From contig CAWFAD010000010.1 of assembly GCA_963813815.1 (NCBI GenBank), positions 32,001 through 96,000 on the forward strand: a stretch of 64,000 nt of DNA. Direction: 5' to 3'. Source of the stretch: an uncultured bacterium. GTDB lineage: Bacteria > Krumholzibacteriota > Krumholzibacteriia > Krumholzibacteriales > Krumholzibacteriaceae. Below are positions 1 to 11,470 of this stretch, piece by piece. The position numbers and the translations under genes are program-made. A model generated the notes under the pieces. It did not search any database and was not told the DNA's origin. It saw only the letters and a program-made list of their open reading frames with translations. The first letter of the stretch is position 1. Each line of letters starts with the position of its first letter.

Positions 1-344
1 ATCGAGCCCGTGAGCACGAGCGCGGCGAGCGCGGCGGCCTGCGCCATGGAGAGTATCTGCGTCACGAGGAGGGTGCGGTGGAGGTTCCAGCGGTCGATGT
101 GTACGCCGGCGAATGGCGAGAGCAGAAACACCGGAATCTGCGCGGCGAACCCGACCGCGCCGAGAATGAGGGCCGAGCCGGTCAGCCGGTAGGCGAGCCA
201 GCCGACGGCGACGCGCTGCATCCACGTGCCGACGAGCGAGACGCTCTGCCCGGCGAAGAAGAGCCGGTAGTTGCGGTGGCGCAGCGCCCGGACGAGCAGC
301 TCGAACCCCGCTGGCTCGGCTCCGGAACCGTTATGCCCTCTCAT
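1..344 (-). CDS. MFS transporter, N-terminal part (runs off the window edge)
   Basis: Not in the ORF track. Manual translation from ATG at 344 gives MRGHNGSGAEPAGFELLVRALRHRNYRLFFAGQSVSLVGTWMQRVAVGWLAYRLTGSALILGAVGFAAQIPVFLLSPFAGVHIDR, a typical MFS_3/DHA3-type N-terminus. Confidence 0.85.
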   Translation of the reverse strand, partial: MRGHNGSGAEPAGFELLVRALRHRNYRLFFAGQSVSLVGTWMQRVAVGWLAYRLTGSALILGAVGFAAQIPVFLLSPFAGVHIDRWNLHRTLLVTQILSMAQAAALAALVLTGS

Positions 345-502
345 GGACGTATGCCTTCATCCTCGTGTCAGCGGAACAGTTGCGGCCTCGCGTCCCGTTT
401 CGAGGGACGCCGGCGCTCGAATCGGGAACAGATTTTACTACAGAAGCGTTAAAGATACATATAAAATGGGGCCTTCGAACGCAACCGCCGGGGAGAGGCT
501 CG

Positions 503-2299
503 ATGAAGATTGCGAGAAAATTCAACCTCCCGCTCGCGATGCTGCTGGCCGCGGCGGCCCTCGCGCCGGGCTGCGGGCGGGGCGGTCGCGAGGAACGGGA
601 GTTTTCCGCGCTCGAAAAGGATTTCGTCGAATATTATCTGAAAACGAATCCGTCGGTCGCCACGTCCGTCGGCGAGCATCGTTACGACGACCGGCTCGAG
701 GATATGAGCGTCGCGGCCGTGGAGGCGAACCTCCGGACCTGCCGCGGCTATCTCGATCGTCTGCGCGCGATCGACGGGAGCGGGCTCTCGCGCGACCGTG
801 CGATCGACGCCCGGCTCCTCGAGCAGAACATCGAGCTCATTCTCCTGGATCTCGAGGAGGATCGCGCCTACCGGAACAATCCGCAGCTCTACACCGAGAT
901 ACTGGCCAACTCGATATACGGCGTTCTGAGCCAGCAATCGGCCCCGCTCGAGGAGCGGCTCGACCGCATCGCGAACCGCCTCGACGAGTTCCCGCGATTC
1001 GTCGCTCAGGCGATTGCCAACCTCGATAACCCGCCGAAGATTCGCACGGAGGTCGCGATCGACGTCACGCGGGGGCTCATCGCGTTTCTCGAGGGCGACG
1101 TGCTGCGCGAGGCGGCACAGGGGAAGAGGATGCAGGATCGCGTGAAAGGCTCGTTCGTGCCGGCCCGGGAGGCGCTCGCGCGGTTTCAGAGTTTTCTTGA
1201 GAACGATCTCCTCAATCGCTCCTTCGGCGACGTGCGCATCGGGGAGGAGTCCTTCCGCAGGCGGTTCGAGCTATCGCTCGGAACCGATATGACTCCGGAA
1301 ATGATGGTGGACGCGGCGTACCGCGAGCTCGACGCCGTGCACGAGCGGATGTTCGCGCTCGCCGCTCCGATCTACGAGGAGATGACCGGCGAGGCGATTC
1401 CGGAGGAGACGGATTACGAGGAGCGGAACCGGATCGTCGCGGCCGTGCTCGCCGACATCGCCGATGATCATCCGGAGCCCCGCGGCCTGCTCGACGCGTG
1501 CAGGGCCGCGTACGCCGAGGCGGAGGGCTTCGTCCGCCAGCGGGATCTCGTCGCGCTGCCGGAGTCGCCCCTCATTATCGACACGGCGCCGCCGTTTCTT
1601 CGGGTGACCCAGATCGCGGCCTCCATTGCGCCGGGGGCTTTCGACCCGGACGGCCGCTACTATTTCATGGTGTCCCCGGTGCCCGATTATCTGAGCCCCG
1701 AGCAGGCGGAGCTCTTTATGCGCGAGTACAACTCCGAGATGATCCGCATCGTGACGATACACGAAGCCATGCCGGGGCACTTCGTGCAGCTCGCCCGCGC
1801 CGCCCGCTCCGCGTCCCCGGTCCGGTCGGCGTTCTCGAGCCCGGCCCTCTGCGAGGGCTGGGCCGTGTACGCGCAGGGTCTCATGGTCGAGGAGGGATTC
1901 CGGGGCGGCGGACGTTTCGCCCTCGTGGCCGACAAATACTATCTGCGCGTCATCGTCAACGCCCTGCTCGATTCGGGGATGCACCGGGAGGGCATGCAGG
2001 AGGACGAGGCCGTTCGTCTCTCCGTGCAGGAGGCCTTTCAGGACGGCTCCGACGCGCTCGCCAAGTGGCGGCGCCGCGTGGGCATCTACCCCAGCTATCT
2101 CTCGTCGTACTTCGTCGGCGCCCTCGAGATCAGGTCGATTCGCGAGGACGCGAGCCGGGCGTGGGGGGAGCGTTTCTCGCTGAAGGATTTCCACGAGAGG
2201 CTTCTCGCGTGCGGCAGCATTCCCCCGAAATACGCGCGCGAGATCGTGCTCGGTCCCGGAGAGGCGACGGCGTCCCCGGGCGCTCTCTCCGGACGCTAG
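503..2299 (+). CDS. DUF885-family lipoprotein (putative metallopeptidase)
   Basis: Signal peptide with lipobox LAPGC; HEAMPGH and EGWAVYA motifs; C-terminal FSLKDFHERLL. Start set at ATG 503, after GGGAGAGG. Confidence 0.85.
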   Translation: MKIARKFNLPLAMLLAAAALAPGCGRGGREEREFSALEKDFVEYYLKTNPSVATSVGEHRYDDRLEDMSVAAVEANLRTCRGYLDRLRAIDGSGLSRDRAIDARLLEQNIELILLDLEEDRAYRNNPQLYTEILANSIYGVLSQQSAPLEERLDRIANRLDEFPRFVAQAIANLDNPPKIRTEVAIDVTRGLIAFLEGDVLREAAQGKRMQDRVKGSFVPAREALARFQSFLENDLLNRSFGDVRIGEESFRRRFELSLGTDMTPEMMVDAAYRELDAVHERMFALAAPIYEEMTGEAIPEETDYEERNRIVAAVLADIADDHPEPRGLLDACRAAYAEAEGFVRQRDLVALPESPLIIDTAPPFLRVTQIAASIAPGAFDPDGRYYFMVSPVPDYLSPEQAELFMREYNSEMIRIVTIHEAMPGHFVQLARAARSASPVRSAFSSPALCEGWAVYAQGLMVEEGFRGGGRFALVADKYYLRVIVNALLDSGMHREGMQEDEAVRLSVQEAFQDGSDALAKWRRRVGIYPSYLSSYFVGALEIRSIREDASRAWGERFSLKDFHERLLACGSIPPKYAREIVLGPGEATASPGALSGR

Positions 2300-2949
2300 A
2301 GCTCGACGATCGCCCGGACGCCGTTCATCGCCTGAAGCTTCTCAACGAGCGCGTGATGCCGCTCGTGCGACGCGGCGTACTCGAAGGTCGCCTTCCAGAT
2401 TTCCCCGTTTCGGCTCACCTCGACGGCCTCGCGGTCGATCCGCAGCTCCTCGAATCCGGCGGTGATATCCTTGAGCGCCCCCTCGTGCCGGTCGAAGGTC
2501 ACCTGCATGAGATGGTACGAGCGCTTCGTCGCGAGCTTCTCCTCGATGGCGCCGATGACGACGAGCGTGCCCGTGATGAGGAAGGCGACGAACACGGAGA
2601 GCAGCAGGTACCCGGCGCCGACCGCGAGCCCGATCGCGGAAAGAGCCCAGATCGTCGCCGCCGTCGTGAGCCCGACGACGTGAAAGCGGGAGCGCATGAT
2701 CGTTCCGGCGCCGAGAAATCCGATGCCGGTCACGACCTGGGCCGCGATGCGGCCCGGATCGGCGGTGCGCGCCGCCGAGCGCGCGATCTCGATCGAGATG
2801 ATCATGATGAGGCACGAGCCGATGCAGATGAGCATATTGGTGCGCATGCCGGCCGGCTTCCCCTTGAACTCGCGCTCGAGTCCGACGGCTCCTCCGATGA
2901 GGAGCGCGATCACGAGGCGCACGAGATAGCTCGAAAAAGGCTCTGTCAT
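2296..2949 (-). CDS. MgtC/SapB family membrane protein
   Basis: GLERE..KPAGMRT, DPGRIAAQVVTGIGFLGAG and GLTTAATIW motifs. Confidence 0.92.
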   Translation of the reverse strand: MTEPFSSYLVRLVIALLIGGAVGLEREFKGKPAGMRTNMLICIGSCLIMIISIEIARSAARTADPGRIAAQVVTGIGFLGAGTIMRSRFHVVGLTTAATIWALSAIGLAVGAGYLLLSVFVAFLITGTLVVIGAIEEKLATKRSYHLMQVTFDRHEGALKDITAGFEELRIDREAVEVSRNGEIWKATFEYAASHERHHALVEKLQAMNGVRAIVEL

Positions 2950-3059
2950 TTCGGCACCGTCCCGGTTCGTTTTCTAGAGATTGGATGCGGGGGACATAGT
3001 ATATTTACGCACAGTCTAGGGCGGCCACCGGGGCCGGCACAAGGAAAAAGAGATATCAT

Positions 3060-5384
3060 ATGCGGCTCGGCGAACTGATTCGAACGCTGTCTCTCTCGCG
3101 CGATCCCGCCCGGCTTCGGCTCGGCATCCGGGGGCGCGTGCAGGGGGTGGGCTTCCGTCCCGGGATCTACCGGATCGCCAAGCGCTCGGGGGCGGGCGGG
3201 TCGGTGCGCAACACGCGCCGCGGCGTGGTCGTCGAGATCGAAGGCTCCGCCGACGCGATCCGGTCCTTTCTCCGGGGGCTCGCCGACGAGCTTCCGCCGC
3301 TCGCCCGGATCGACGACGTCGTCGCCGAGGAGACGGAGCCCGCCGGCGAGCGCGAGTTCGTGATCGCCCCGAGCGAGGGCCGGGGGGCGGCCGAGGCCGT
3401 TTTCCCCGTCGACGCGGCGACGTGCCCGGATTGCCTGCGGGAGCTGCGCGATCCGTCCGACCGGCGGCACCGGTATCCCTTTATCAACTGCACGAACTGC
3501 GGCCCGCGATTCACGATCATCGAGGGGCTGCCATACGACCGTCCGCTCACGACGATGCGCGATTTCGCGATGGACGAAGGGTGCCGGGCGGAGTACGCGG
3601 ATCCCGCCGACAGGCGGTTCCATGCGGAGCCGATCTCCTGTCCGGGCTGCGGCCCGGCGCTCCGGCTCGTCGACGCCGCGGGGCGGGACGTTCCCGGGGA
3701 TCCGGTCGCGGGGGCGGTCGCGCTGCTCGCCGAGGGGCGGATTCTCGCCGTCAAGGGGCTCGGCGGCTACCACTTCGCCGTGGTCGCGACCGACGAGGAG
3801 GCCGTGCGGCGGCTGCGCGAGCGCAAGGGGCGCCCCGCGAAGCCCTTTGCCTGCATGTTCCGCGACATGGACGTTCTCGAACGGTACTGCGCCGCCGGCG
3901 ATACGGAGCGCCGCCTGCTGCGCTCGGCGGAGGCGCCGATCGTGCTGCTCCGGCGGGGAGAGCGCCGGCTGCCCGGCGCGGTGGCGCCGCGGAACGCCTA
4001 CGTCGGCGCCATGCTCCCCTACACGCCCCTGCACCATCTTCTCATGGAGCGGTTCGAGGTCCTCGTCATGACCTCCGGCAATTTCACCGACGAGCCCCTC
4101 ATCTCGAACGAGGGGGAGATCCCGGCGGTCCTCGGGTCGATAGCGGACGCGGCTCTCGTGCACGACCGCCGCATCGCGCACAAATGCGACGATTCGATAT
4201 TTTTCACCCCCGGTGGGGAGACGGTGCCGGTGCGGAGGGCGCGCGGGCTCGTGCCGGAGCCCATCGCGCTGCCGTTCGCGGCGGAGGTGCCCATCGTGGC
4301 CCTCGGAGCGCAGGAGAAGAGCACCTTCGCCCTCGCGCGCGACGATCGGGCGTTCGTCTCGCCGCACCTCGGGGATCTCGGCGACGTCCGGAGCGACGAC
4401 AACTTCCGGCGCGAGCTCGCCTCCTTCGAGCGCATGCTCGACGTCTCGCCGCGCGCCTGCGCGCACGATCTGCACTTCGATTATTACACGACGCGTCTCG
4501 CCGCCGTGCTTCCCGTGGACGCGCGGATCGCCGTTCAGCATCACCACGCGCACGCGGCGAGCGTCATGGTCGAGCACGGGCTCCCGGGACCGGTGATCGG
4601 GGTCGTCTTCGACGGCACCGGATACGGCACGGACGGAAAGCTCTGGGGAGGGGAGTTCCTGCTCGCCCGCTACGACTCGTTCGAGCGGCTCGCGGCGCTC
4701 GCGTATGTGCCGCTCCCGGGCGGGGAGGCGGCCATTCACGAACCGTGGAGGATGGCCCTTATGCAGCTGCGCCGCCTCCAGAGCGACGGAGGGCCGTTGC
4801 GGCTTCCCCGCGGCGTCTCGTTCGAGGGGCTCCCCGCGGACGAGGTGCTTTCGATCGCCCGCCACGGCATCAACTCGCCCGGCACGTCGAGCATGGGGCG
4901 TCTCTTCGACGCGGCGGCGTATCTCCTCGGCTGCGGCGCGCGGGTGTCGTACGAAGCCGAGGCGGCCGTGGCGCTCGAGGCGCTCGCATGCGAGGCGCGG
5001 GACGCCGCGAAGAGCTACGCCTTCGCGGTCGGGGGGGGAGAGGGTTTCGCAGTGATCGAGCCGGCGCCGGTTTTCGCGGAGATGCTGAACGATATCGCCG
5101 CCGGCGTGCCCGCGCCCGAGATCGCCGCCGCGTTCCACCGGGCCGTGGCCGGCCTCGTGCTCTCGTACGGAACGGCGCTGGCCCGCCGGCACCGGTGCGG
5201 CGACATCGTCCTCTCCGGCGGATGCTTCCAGAACCGCCTGCTCTGCGAATACGTCTTGGAGGGCGCGACGGCGAAACCGGAGCGCTTTTACCTGCACTCG
5301 CTCGTTCCGCCGAACGACGGCGGAGTGTCGCTCGGCCAGCTCGCCGTCGGCATCGCCCGGCTCCGCAGACACGAAAGGAAGTGA
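3060..5384 (+). CDS. hypF: Carbamoyltransferase HypF ([NiFe]-hydrogenase maturation)
   Basis: Acylphosphatase-like GRVQGVGFRP; two CxxC-x18-CxxC zinc fingers; KGLGGYH; QHHHAH; DGTGYG; PPNDGG. Confidence 0.97.
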   Translation: MRLGELIRTLSLSRDPARLRLGIRGRVQGVGFRPGIYRIAKRSGAGGSVRNTRRGVVVEIEGSADAIRSFLRGLADELPPLARIDDVVAEETEPAGEREFVIAPSEGRGAAEAVFPVDAATCPDCLRELRDPSDRRHRYPFINCTNCGPRFTIIEGLPYDRPLTTMRDFAMDEGCRAEYADPADRRFHAEPISCPGCGPALRLVDAAGRDVPGDPVAGAVALLAEGRILAVKGLGGYHFAVVATDEEAVRRLRERKGRPAKPFACMFRDMDVLERYCAAGDTERRLLRSAEAPIVLLRRGERRLPGAVAPRNAYVGAMLPYTPLHHLLMERFEVLVMTSGNFTDEPLISNEGEIPAVLGSIADAALVHDRRIAHKCDDSIFFTPGGETVPVRRARGLVPEPIALPFAAEVPIVALGAQEKSTFALARDDRAFVSPHLGDLGDVRSDDNFRRELASFERMLDVSPRACAHDLHFDYYTTRLAAVLPVDARIAVQHHHAHAASVMVEHGLPGPVIGVVFDGTGYGTDGKLWGGEFLLARYDSFERLAALAYVPLPGGEAAIHEPWRMALMQLRRLQSDGGPLRLPRGVSFEGLPADEVLSIARHGINSPGTSSMGRLFDAAAYLLGCGARVSYEAEAAVALEALACEARDAAKSYAFAVGGGEGFAVIEPAPVFAEMLNDIAAGVPAPEIAAAFHRAVAGLVLSYGTALARRHRCGDIVLSGGCFQNRLLCEYVLEGATAKPERFYLHSLVPPNDGGVSLGQLAVGIARLRRHERK

Positions 5385-5392
5385 CGGACGAC

Positions 5393-6409
5393 ATGTCACA
5401 GGAAGCGCGCGAACGGATACTCCTCGCCCACGGCGGCGGCGGTCTGCTCATGAAGGAGCTCGTCCAACTGATCGTCGGGCGCCTCGGGCGGCCCGGCGCG
5501 GGCCCGCTTCAGGACAGCGCGACGCTGGAGGTGGAGGGGGGGCGCATCGCCTTCACGACCGACTCGTTCGTCGCCAGTCCGCTCCGTTTCCCCGGAGGGG
5601 ATATCGGGCGGCTCGCCGTGTGCGGAACGGTGAACGATCTCGCCATGTCCGGAGCGAGACCGATGTGGCTCTCCCTGTCGTTCATCATCGAGGAGGGACT
5701 TCCCCTCGACGAGTTCGCGCTCATCCTCGATTCGATAGCGGCGGCCTCCCGCGAGGCGGGGGTCGCGATCGCGACGGGAGACACGAAGGTCGTCGAACGG
5801 GGAAAGGCGGACGGCCTTTTCATCAACACGTCGGGGATCGGGATCGTGCCGCCCGGCGTCGAGCTCTCCTCGGCGGCGGCGCGGCCGGGGGACGCGGTGA
5901 TTCTGAACGGAAGCGTGGGCGAGCACGGGCTCGCGCTCCTCAGCCGCCGCGAGGGGATCGATTTCGGGAGCGCGCTCGAGAGCGACTGCGCGCCCCTCTC
6001 GCTCCTCACCGTTCCGCTGCTCGAGCGCTTCGAAACGATCCGCGCCATGCGCGACGCGACGCGCGGCGGCCTCGCCTCGGTCCTCAACGAGATCGCGGCC
6101 GATTCGGCGGTGTGCCTGCGCCTCGACGAACGCGCAATCCCCGTCTCGGACACGGTGCGGCGCGCCTGCGAGCTCATGGGGTATGATCCCCTGCACATCG
6201 CGAACGAGGGAAAGTTCGTGGCCGTGGTGGGGAGCGAGGAAGCCCGAGAGGTCGTGGCCTTCATGCGCGCGCACCCGCTCGGGGCGAACGCGGCCGTCAT
6301 CGGAGAGGCTGCCGCCGCGCCCCCGGGCATCGTCTCTCTCCGGACCGTTTTCGGCGGCGAGCGCGTCGTCGACGTCCCCTACGGCGACATACTGCCGAGG
6401 ATCTGCTGA
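5393..6409 (+). CDS. hypE: Hydrogenase maturation protein HypE
   Basis: LAHGGGG, TTDSFV, GDTKVV and RDATRGG motifs and C-terminal PRIC. Corresponds to the 3' part of ORF 3422..6409; GTG 5381 is an alternative start. Confidence 0.96.
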   Translation: MSQEARERILLAHGGGGLLMKELVQLIVGRLGRPGAGPLQDSATLEVEGGRIAFTTDSFVASPLRFPGGDIGRLAVCGTVNDLAMSGARPMWLSLSFIIEEGLPLDEFALILDSIAAASREAGVAIATGDTKVVERGKADGLFINTSGIGIVPPGVELSSAAARPGDAVILNGSVGEHGLALLSRREGIDFGSALESDCAPLSLLTVPLLERFETIRAMRDATRGGLASVLNEIAADSAVCLRLDERAIPVSDTVRRACELMGYDPLHIANEGKFVAVVGSEEAREVVAFMRAHPLGANAAVIGEAAAAPPGIVSLRTVFGGERVVDVPYGDILPRIC

Positions 6410-6458
6410 GCCGCTACCGGTTGCGGGCGGCGCCGATCTATAGTATGTTGGTTCGATT

Positions 6459-7271
6459 ATGATCGATTATCATCTGCACGGCAACTTCAGCGGCCACGGG
6501 AGCGGCGAGCTCGTCGAGTACGTCGACTCCGCTCTCGCCAAGGGCTTCGTCGAGATTGGCTTCAGCGATCATCTGCCGAAGGTCGTCGATCCCGATCCCT
6601 ACCACGCGATGCTCGAGGAGGAACTTCCCCGGTACGTCGACACCGTCCTTTCGCTCCGGGAGCGCTATCGCGGCCGCATTACGATCAGGCTCGGCATCGA
6701 GGCGGATTACTTCGAGGGGCACGAGGACGCCACGCGCGAGCTGCTCGCGAGGTTCCCCTTCGACTATGTTCTCGGCTCGATTCATTTTCTCGGCGATTGG
6801 CACTTCACGAGCCGGGAGGGGCTCCCCCGGTACGCCGAGGAGGATCCCGCCACCGCGTTTCCTCTCTATTTCGATCTCCTCGGCCGCATGATCGCCACGG
6901 GGCTCTTCGACGTCGTTGCGCACCCCGACGCGCTGCGGCGCGGCTCGTTCCATCCGGTTCGCTCGCTCGACCGCGAATACGGAGTCCTGGCGCGGCTTCT
7001 CGCCGCGCGGGGCATGGCGATTGAGCTCAACACGGGCGGTATCCGCCGGGGCCGCGGGGCGCCCTATCCCGACCGGGACCTGCTCGCCGCGTGCGTCGCC
7101 TCCGGCGTGCCCATCACGCTCGGCTCCGACGCCCATTCGCCGCAGGACGTCGGGAGGGATTATGGGGAGGCCTTTCGGGTGCTCGCCGATCTGGGGGTGA
7201 ACGAAGTCGCCACCTTCGATCTCCGCAGGCTCGCCGCGAAGCCGCTCGAGCCGCGGCTCGACAGGGCTTGA
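6459..7271 (+). CDS. PHP-family histidinol-phosphatase (HisJ/HisK family)
   Basis: DYHLH, GFSDH, GIEAD, GSIH, AHPD and GSDAH metal-binding motifs. Confidence 0.85.
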   Translation: MIDYHLHGNFSGHGSGELVEYVDSALAKGFVEIGFSDHLPKVVDPDPYHAMLEEELPRYVDTVLSLRERYRGRITIRLGIEADYFEGHEDATRELLARFPFDYVLGSIHFLGDWHFTSREGLPRYAEEDPATAFPLYFDLLGRMIATGLFDVVAHPDALRRGSFHPVRSLDREYGVLARLLAARGMAIELNTGGIRRGRGAPYPDRDLLAACVASGVPITLGSDAHSPQDVGRDYGEAFRVLADLGVNEVATFDLRRLAAKPLEPRLDRA

Positions 7272-7296
7272 CAGCCGGGGCGGGAGAAGGTATTTT
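7268..7296 (+). promoter_or_regulatory. sigma70-type promoter for guaB
   Basis: TTGACA-N17-TATTTT. Confidence 0.65.
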
Positions 7297-7385
7297 GCAA
7301 GAACCGAATCCGCCGAGCATCATGGAAATAAATATCTTACCGTGACGAGAGGAGGAAGAAGGGGCCGACGCCGCCTTCGCCGCCA

Positions 7386-8851
<1,466 letters not shown>

Positions 8852-8902
8852 CGCCCCGCCGGAGAGCGGCGGAAAGTCCGGGCCCGCGGGGCAGGGAATT
8901 CG

Positions 8903-9622
8903 ATGCAGCTACTGGAGCCCCGGGAACGCCTCGAACGCATCGCCGGCGTCGCGAATCGGTGCGGCGTCGACGTCGTTTCGTCGTGTCTTCTCGACGGGGA
9001 GACGAAATCCCGTTTCCACGCTTCGCTGAGAGAGGCCGCGACCCGGCTCGATTACGCGATCGTGCTCGGCATCCGTCTCTCGTCCGAGGTGCTCGATACG
9101 ATCGCGGGCGCCCCGAACTGGACCTACTACCACCACTACCGGACGGTGAACTTCGCGCTCGATCAGGCGGCGCTCCTCGCGGCGGCGGAATGCCGGCGGC
9201 TCGGCGCGCGGGCGCTTCCCGTGCCCGCCTCGCAGGTCCTCGACTGGGAGCGCCTGCTCGGGCATCTCTCGCACCGCGAGATCGGAGCGCTCGCCGGAGT
9301 CGGCTGGAGGGGCAGGAACAATCTCCTCGTGCATCCCCTCTACGGCTCCCAGGTGCGTTACGCGACCGTTCTGACCGATCTGCCCCTTCTCGCGCGGGGC
9401 GTCGATTCCGCCGGCGAGGCCGGCTGCGGCGATTGCCGGGCCTGCGTCGCCGCGTGCCCGGCGGGGGCCATCCAGTTCGACCCGCTCGCGTTCGATCTCG
9501 ATCGCTGCACGGCGCAGGTGCGGCGCTTCTCGCAGAGCGAGAAGCTCAACGTCCTCATCTGCGGGATTTGCGTTCGCTCGTGCCGCGGCCGGGCCGCCGC
9601 CGCACAGGGAGGAGCCGCATGA
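8903..9622 (+). CDS. QueG/reductive-dehalogenase-like 4Fe-4S dicluster protein
   Basis: [48 protein letters not shown] and CGICVRSC. Confidence 0.7.
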   Translation: MQLLEPRERLERIAGVANRCGVDVVSSCLLDGETKSRFHASLREAATRLDYAIVLGIRLSSEVLDTIAGAPNWTYYHHYRTVNFALDQAALLAAAECRRLGARALPVPASQVLDWERLLGHLSHREIGALAGVGWRGRNNLLVHPLYGSQVRYATVLTDLPLLARGVDSAGEAGCGDCRACVAACPAGAIQFDPLAFDLDRCTAQVRRFSQSEKLNVLICGICVRSCRGRAAAAQGGAA

Positions 9623-10512
9623 AGGACGCCCTCGCCCGGATCAACCATTCGGTATGGGAGCTCGCCAAGCTCGTCGCGAAGCATCCCGACAGCTATATGA
9701 TTCGAGCCGATTTTCTCCGCTACTATCACGAGAGCCGGCTCTTCGGCGAGCGGCGGCGGAACATACCGGAGGAGGGGCGGAGCTTTCTCATGCTTCAGGA
9801 GCGCGAGGCGCTCTGCTGCTATCTTCTCCACGGCATCGGCGGCTCCCCCGCCGAGATGCGCCCCCTCGGAGAGCACCTCTATCGATCGGGCCATACCGTT
9901 TACGGCGCGCGTCTCGCGCTCGGAAACGACGGGCCGGGCGATCGGATCGGCGGAAGAGACCGGCGCGGCGTCGCGCGGATTCCGTGGCGGCGCGACGGCG
10001 GAAACCGGGCCGGTTACGATTGGGAGCGCTGCGTCGCCGACGCGGACGTCGTGCTCGGCGCGCTCCTGACCTTTTCGCCCGACGTCTGCGCCTTGGGGTT
10101 CAGCTTCGGCGGCGCCGTCGCCTTGAATCTCCTGCGGGACCGGCCGCTCAAGGGGGCTGTTCTCATCGCTCCCGGCCTCTTTCCGGCTACCGACGGCCGT
10201 TCGACGCTGTTTTCCTTCCTGCGCACGCTCGCGCCCTTCGTCGCGCGGGAGGCGTTTCCCCGGGAGTCCGCGCTCCTCGAGTTCGCCGAGCGCACGCGCG
10301 CCCGGGTCGCGGCCGTCGAGCAGCCGGTTCTCGTCATCCAAGCGTCGCGGGATCGCGTCGTGTCGCCGCGGGGTTTCCATTACATCAAGGCGCGCGCCAA
10401 GCATCCGAAATCGCGTTTCGAGCTCATCGACAGCTCGAACCACGTGCTCGTCAAGGGCGACGAGGCGCGCCGCGTCTACCCGCTCTGCGTCGATTTTCTC
10501 AAAGAGATTTGA
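9619..10512 (+). CDS. Alpha/beta hydrolase (carboxylesterase-like)
   Basis: LHGIGG oxyanion motif, GFSFGG nucleophile elbow, RDRVV (Asp) and NHVL (His). ATGA overlap with the upstream gene and GGAGGAG RBS. Confidence 0.8.
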   Translation: MKDALARINHSVWELAKLVAKHPDSYMIRADFLRYYHESRLFGERRRNIPEEGRSFLMLQEREALCCYLLHGIGGSPAEMRPLGEHLYRSGHTVYGARLALGNDGPGDRIGGRDRRGVARIPWRRDGGNRAGYDWERCVADADVVLGALLTFSPDVCALGFSFGGAVALNLLRDRPLKGAVLIAPGLFPATDGRSTLFSFLRTLAPFVAREAFPRESALLEFAERTRARVAAVEQPVLVIQASRDRVVSPRGFHYIKARAKHPKSRFELIDSSNHVLVKGDEARRVYPLCVDFLKEI

Positions 10513-11284
10513 TTCGGTCGAGCGAGCCGAGGTCGAAGGCGAAGGACGGGTCGAGCTCGCGCAGGGCGCGGGCCGCTTCCTCGAGCGACTGTCTGCCGCG
10601 CGGTGTGGGATCGCGGCGATAGGAGGAGTAGCGGTCGAGGAAACGATCGTACGCTTCGGCGACGCCCGAGCGCTCGCGCGCCGGCGTCGAGTGCTCGAGA
10701 TGGTACAGGGTGCCGTCCGAGATTCCCCGCACGATGCCGAGATGTTCCCCGGCGAGATGCGAGAGCACGGCGAGGTACCGTTCGAATCCGCGGGAGAGCT
10801 TGCCGAGGACGTCGGCGGCGGCGTTCCCTCGGCGGGCGAGACCGGCCGCCAGGGAAGAGGCGATCGCGTAGTACGCCTTCGCGCGTCCGACATACGCGGC
10901 GTCCGGCGGCGCCAGGCGCGGCGTCGATCCCGGGCGCTTGCCGCGGGCGTTCCTGAATATTCCGAGGGAAACGAGCAGCGCGTCGGCCGCCGCGCGGTAC
11001 GTCTCGTACCGGGCGCGGGCCCCCGGGGCGGCCGTGATCGCCTCGAAGAGATCCGCGTCGGAGAGCGCGAGGCCCTCGTCGAACGCCCCGCCCGCCGGCT
11101 GGATGCGCGAGGCGAGGAGCCCTGCGAGGTACACGTTCACGTCCTCGTCGGGAAACTCGTGATTCGACGGATATCCCGTTTCCATGCGGCTCGTGAGGAG
11201 CGCGTTCATCATGAAAAAATGCGCCTGCTCGGGAGTGGAAAACCGCGAGCCGGAAATGGGAGTATAGGCGGTCAGAACGCTCAT
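10499..11284 (-). CDS. Hypothetical protein, predicted alpha-helical
   Basis: Protein-like composition from MSVLTAY onward; fills the gap between a convergent and a divergent neighbour. No motif recognised. Confidence 0.65.
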   Translation of the reverse strand: MSVLTAYTPISGSRFSTPEQAHFFMMNALLTSRMETGYPSNHEFPDEDVNVYLAGLLASRIQPAGGAFDEGLALSDADLFEAITAAPGARARYETYRAAADALLVSLGIFRNARGKRPGSTPRLAPPDAAYVGRAKAYYAIASSLAAGLARRGNAAADVLGKLSRGFERYLAVLSHLAGEHLGIVRGISDGTLYHLEHSTPARERSGVAEAYDRFLDRYSSYRRDPTPRGRQSLEEAARALRELDPSFAFDLGSLDRIKSL

Positions 11285-11402
11285 GGTGTCGATCCTCGAT
11301 GCAGCGCGGAGAAGCCTTTGCCGATACGAGCAAGGGGCATGCCACGGCCCGGCCCCCGCCCGGCGGCTCCGCGAACAAGATGCTGCACGGCAAGGGGTTC
11401 TG

Positions 11403-11411
11403 TGATATAAT
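11403..11411 (+). promoter_or_regulatory. Extended -10 promoter element upstream of the nitrilase-family gene
   Basis: TGATATAAT (TGn-TATAAT), about 60 nt upstream of ATG 11471. Confidence 0.5.
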
Positions 11412-11470
11412 CCCCGTCGAATCGTTCGAAATCGATACACGGGCCCTCGAGATATACCGGGGTGCTGCTC

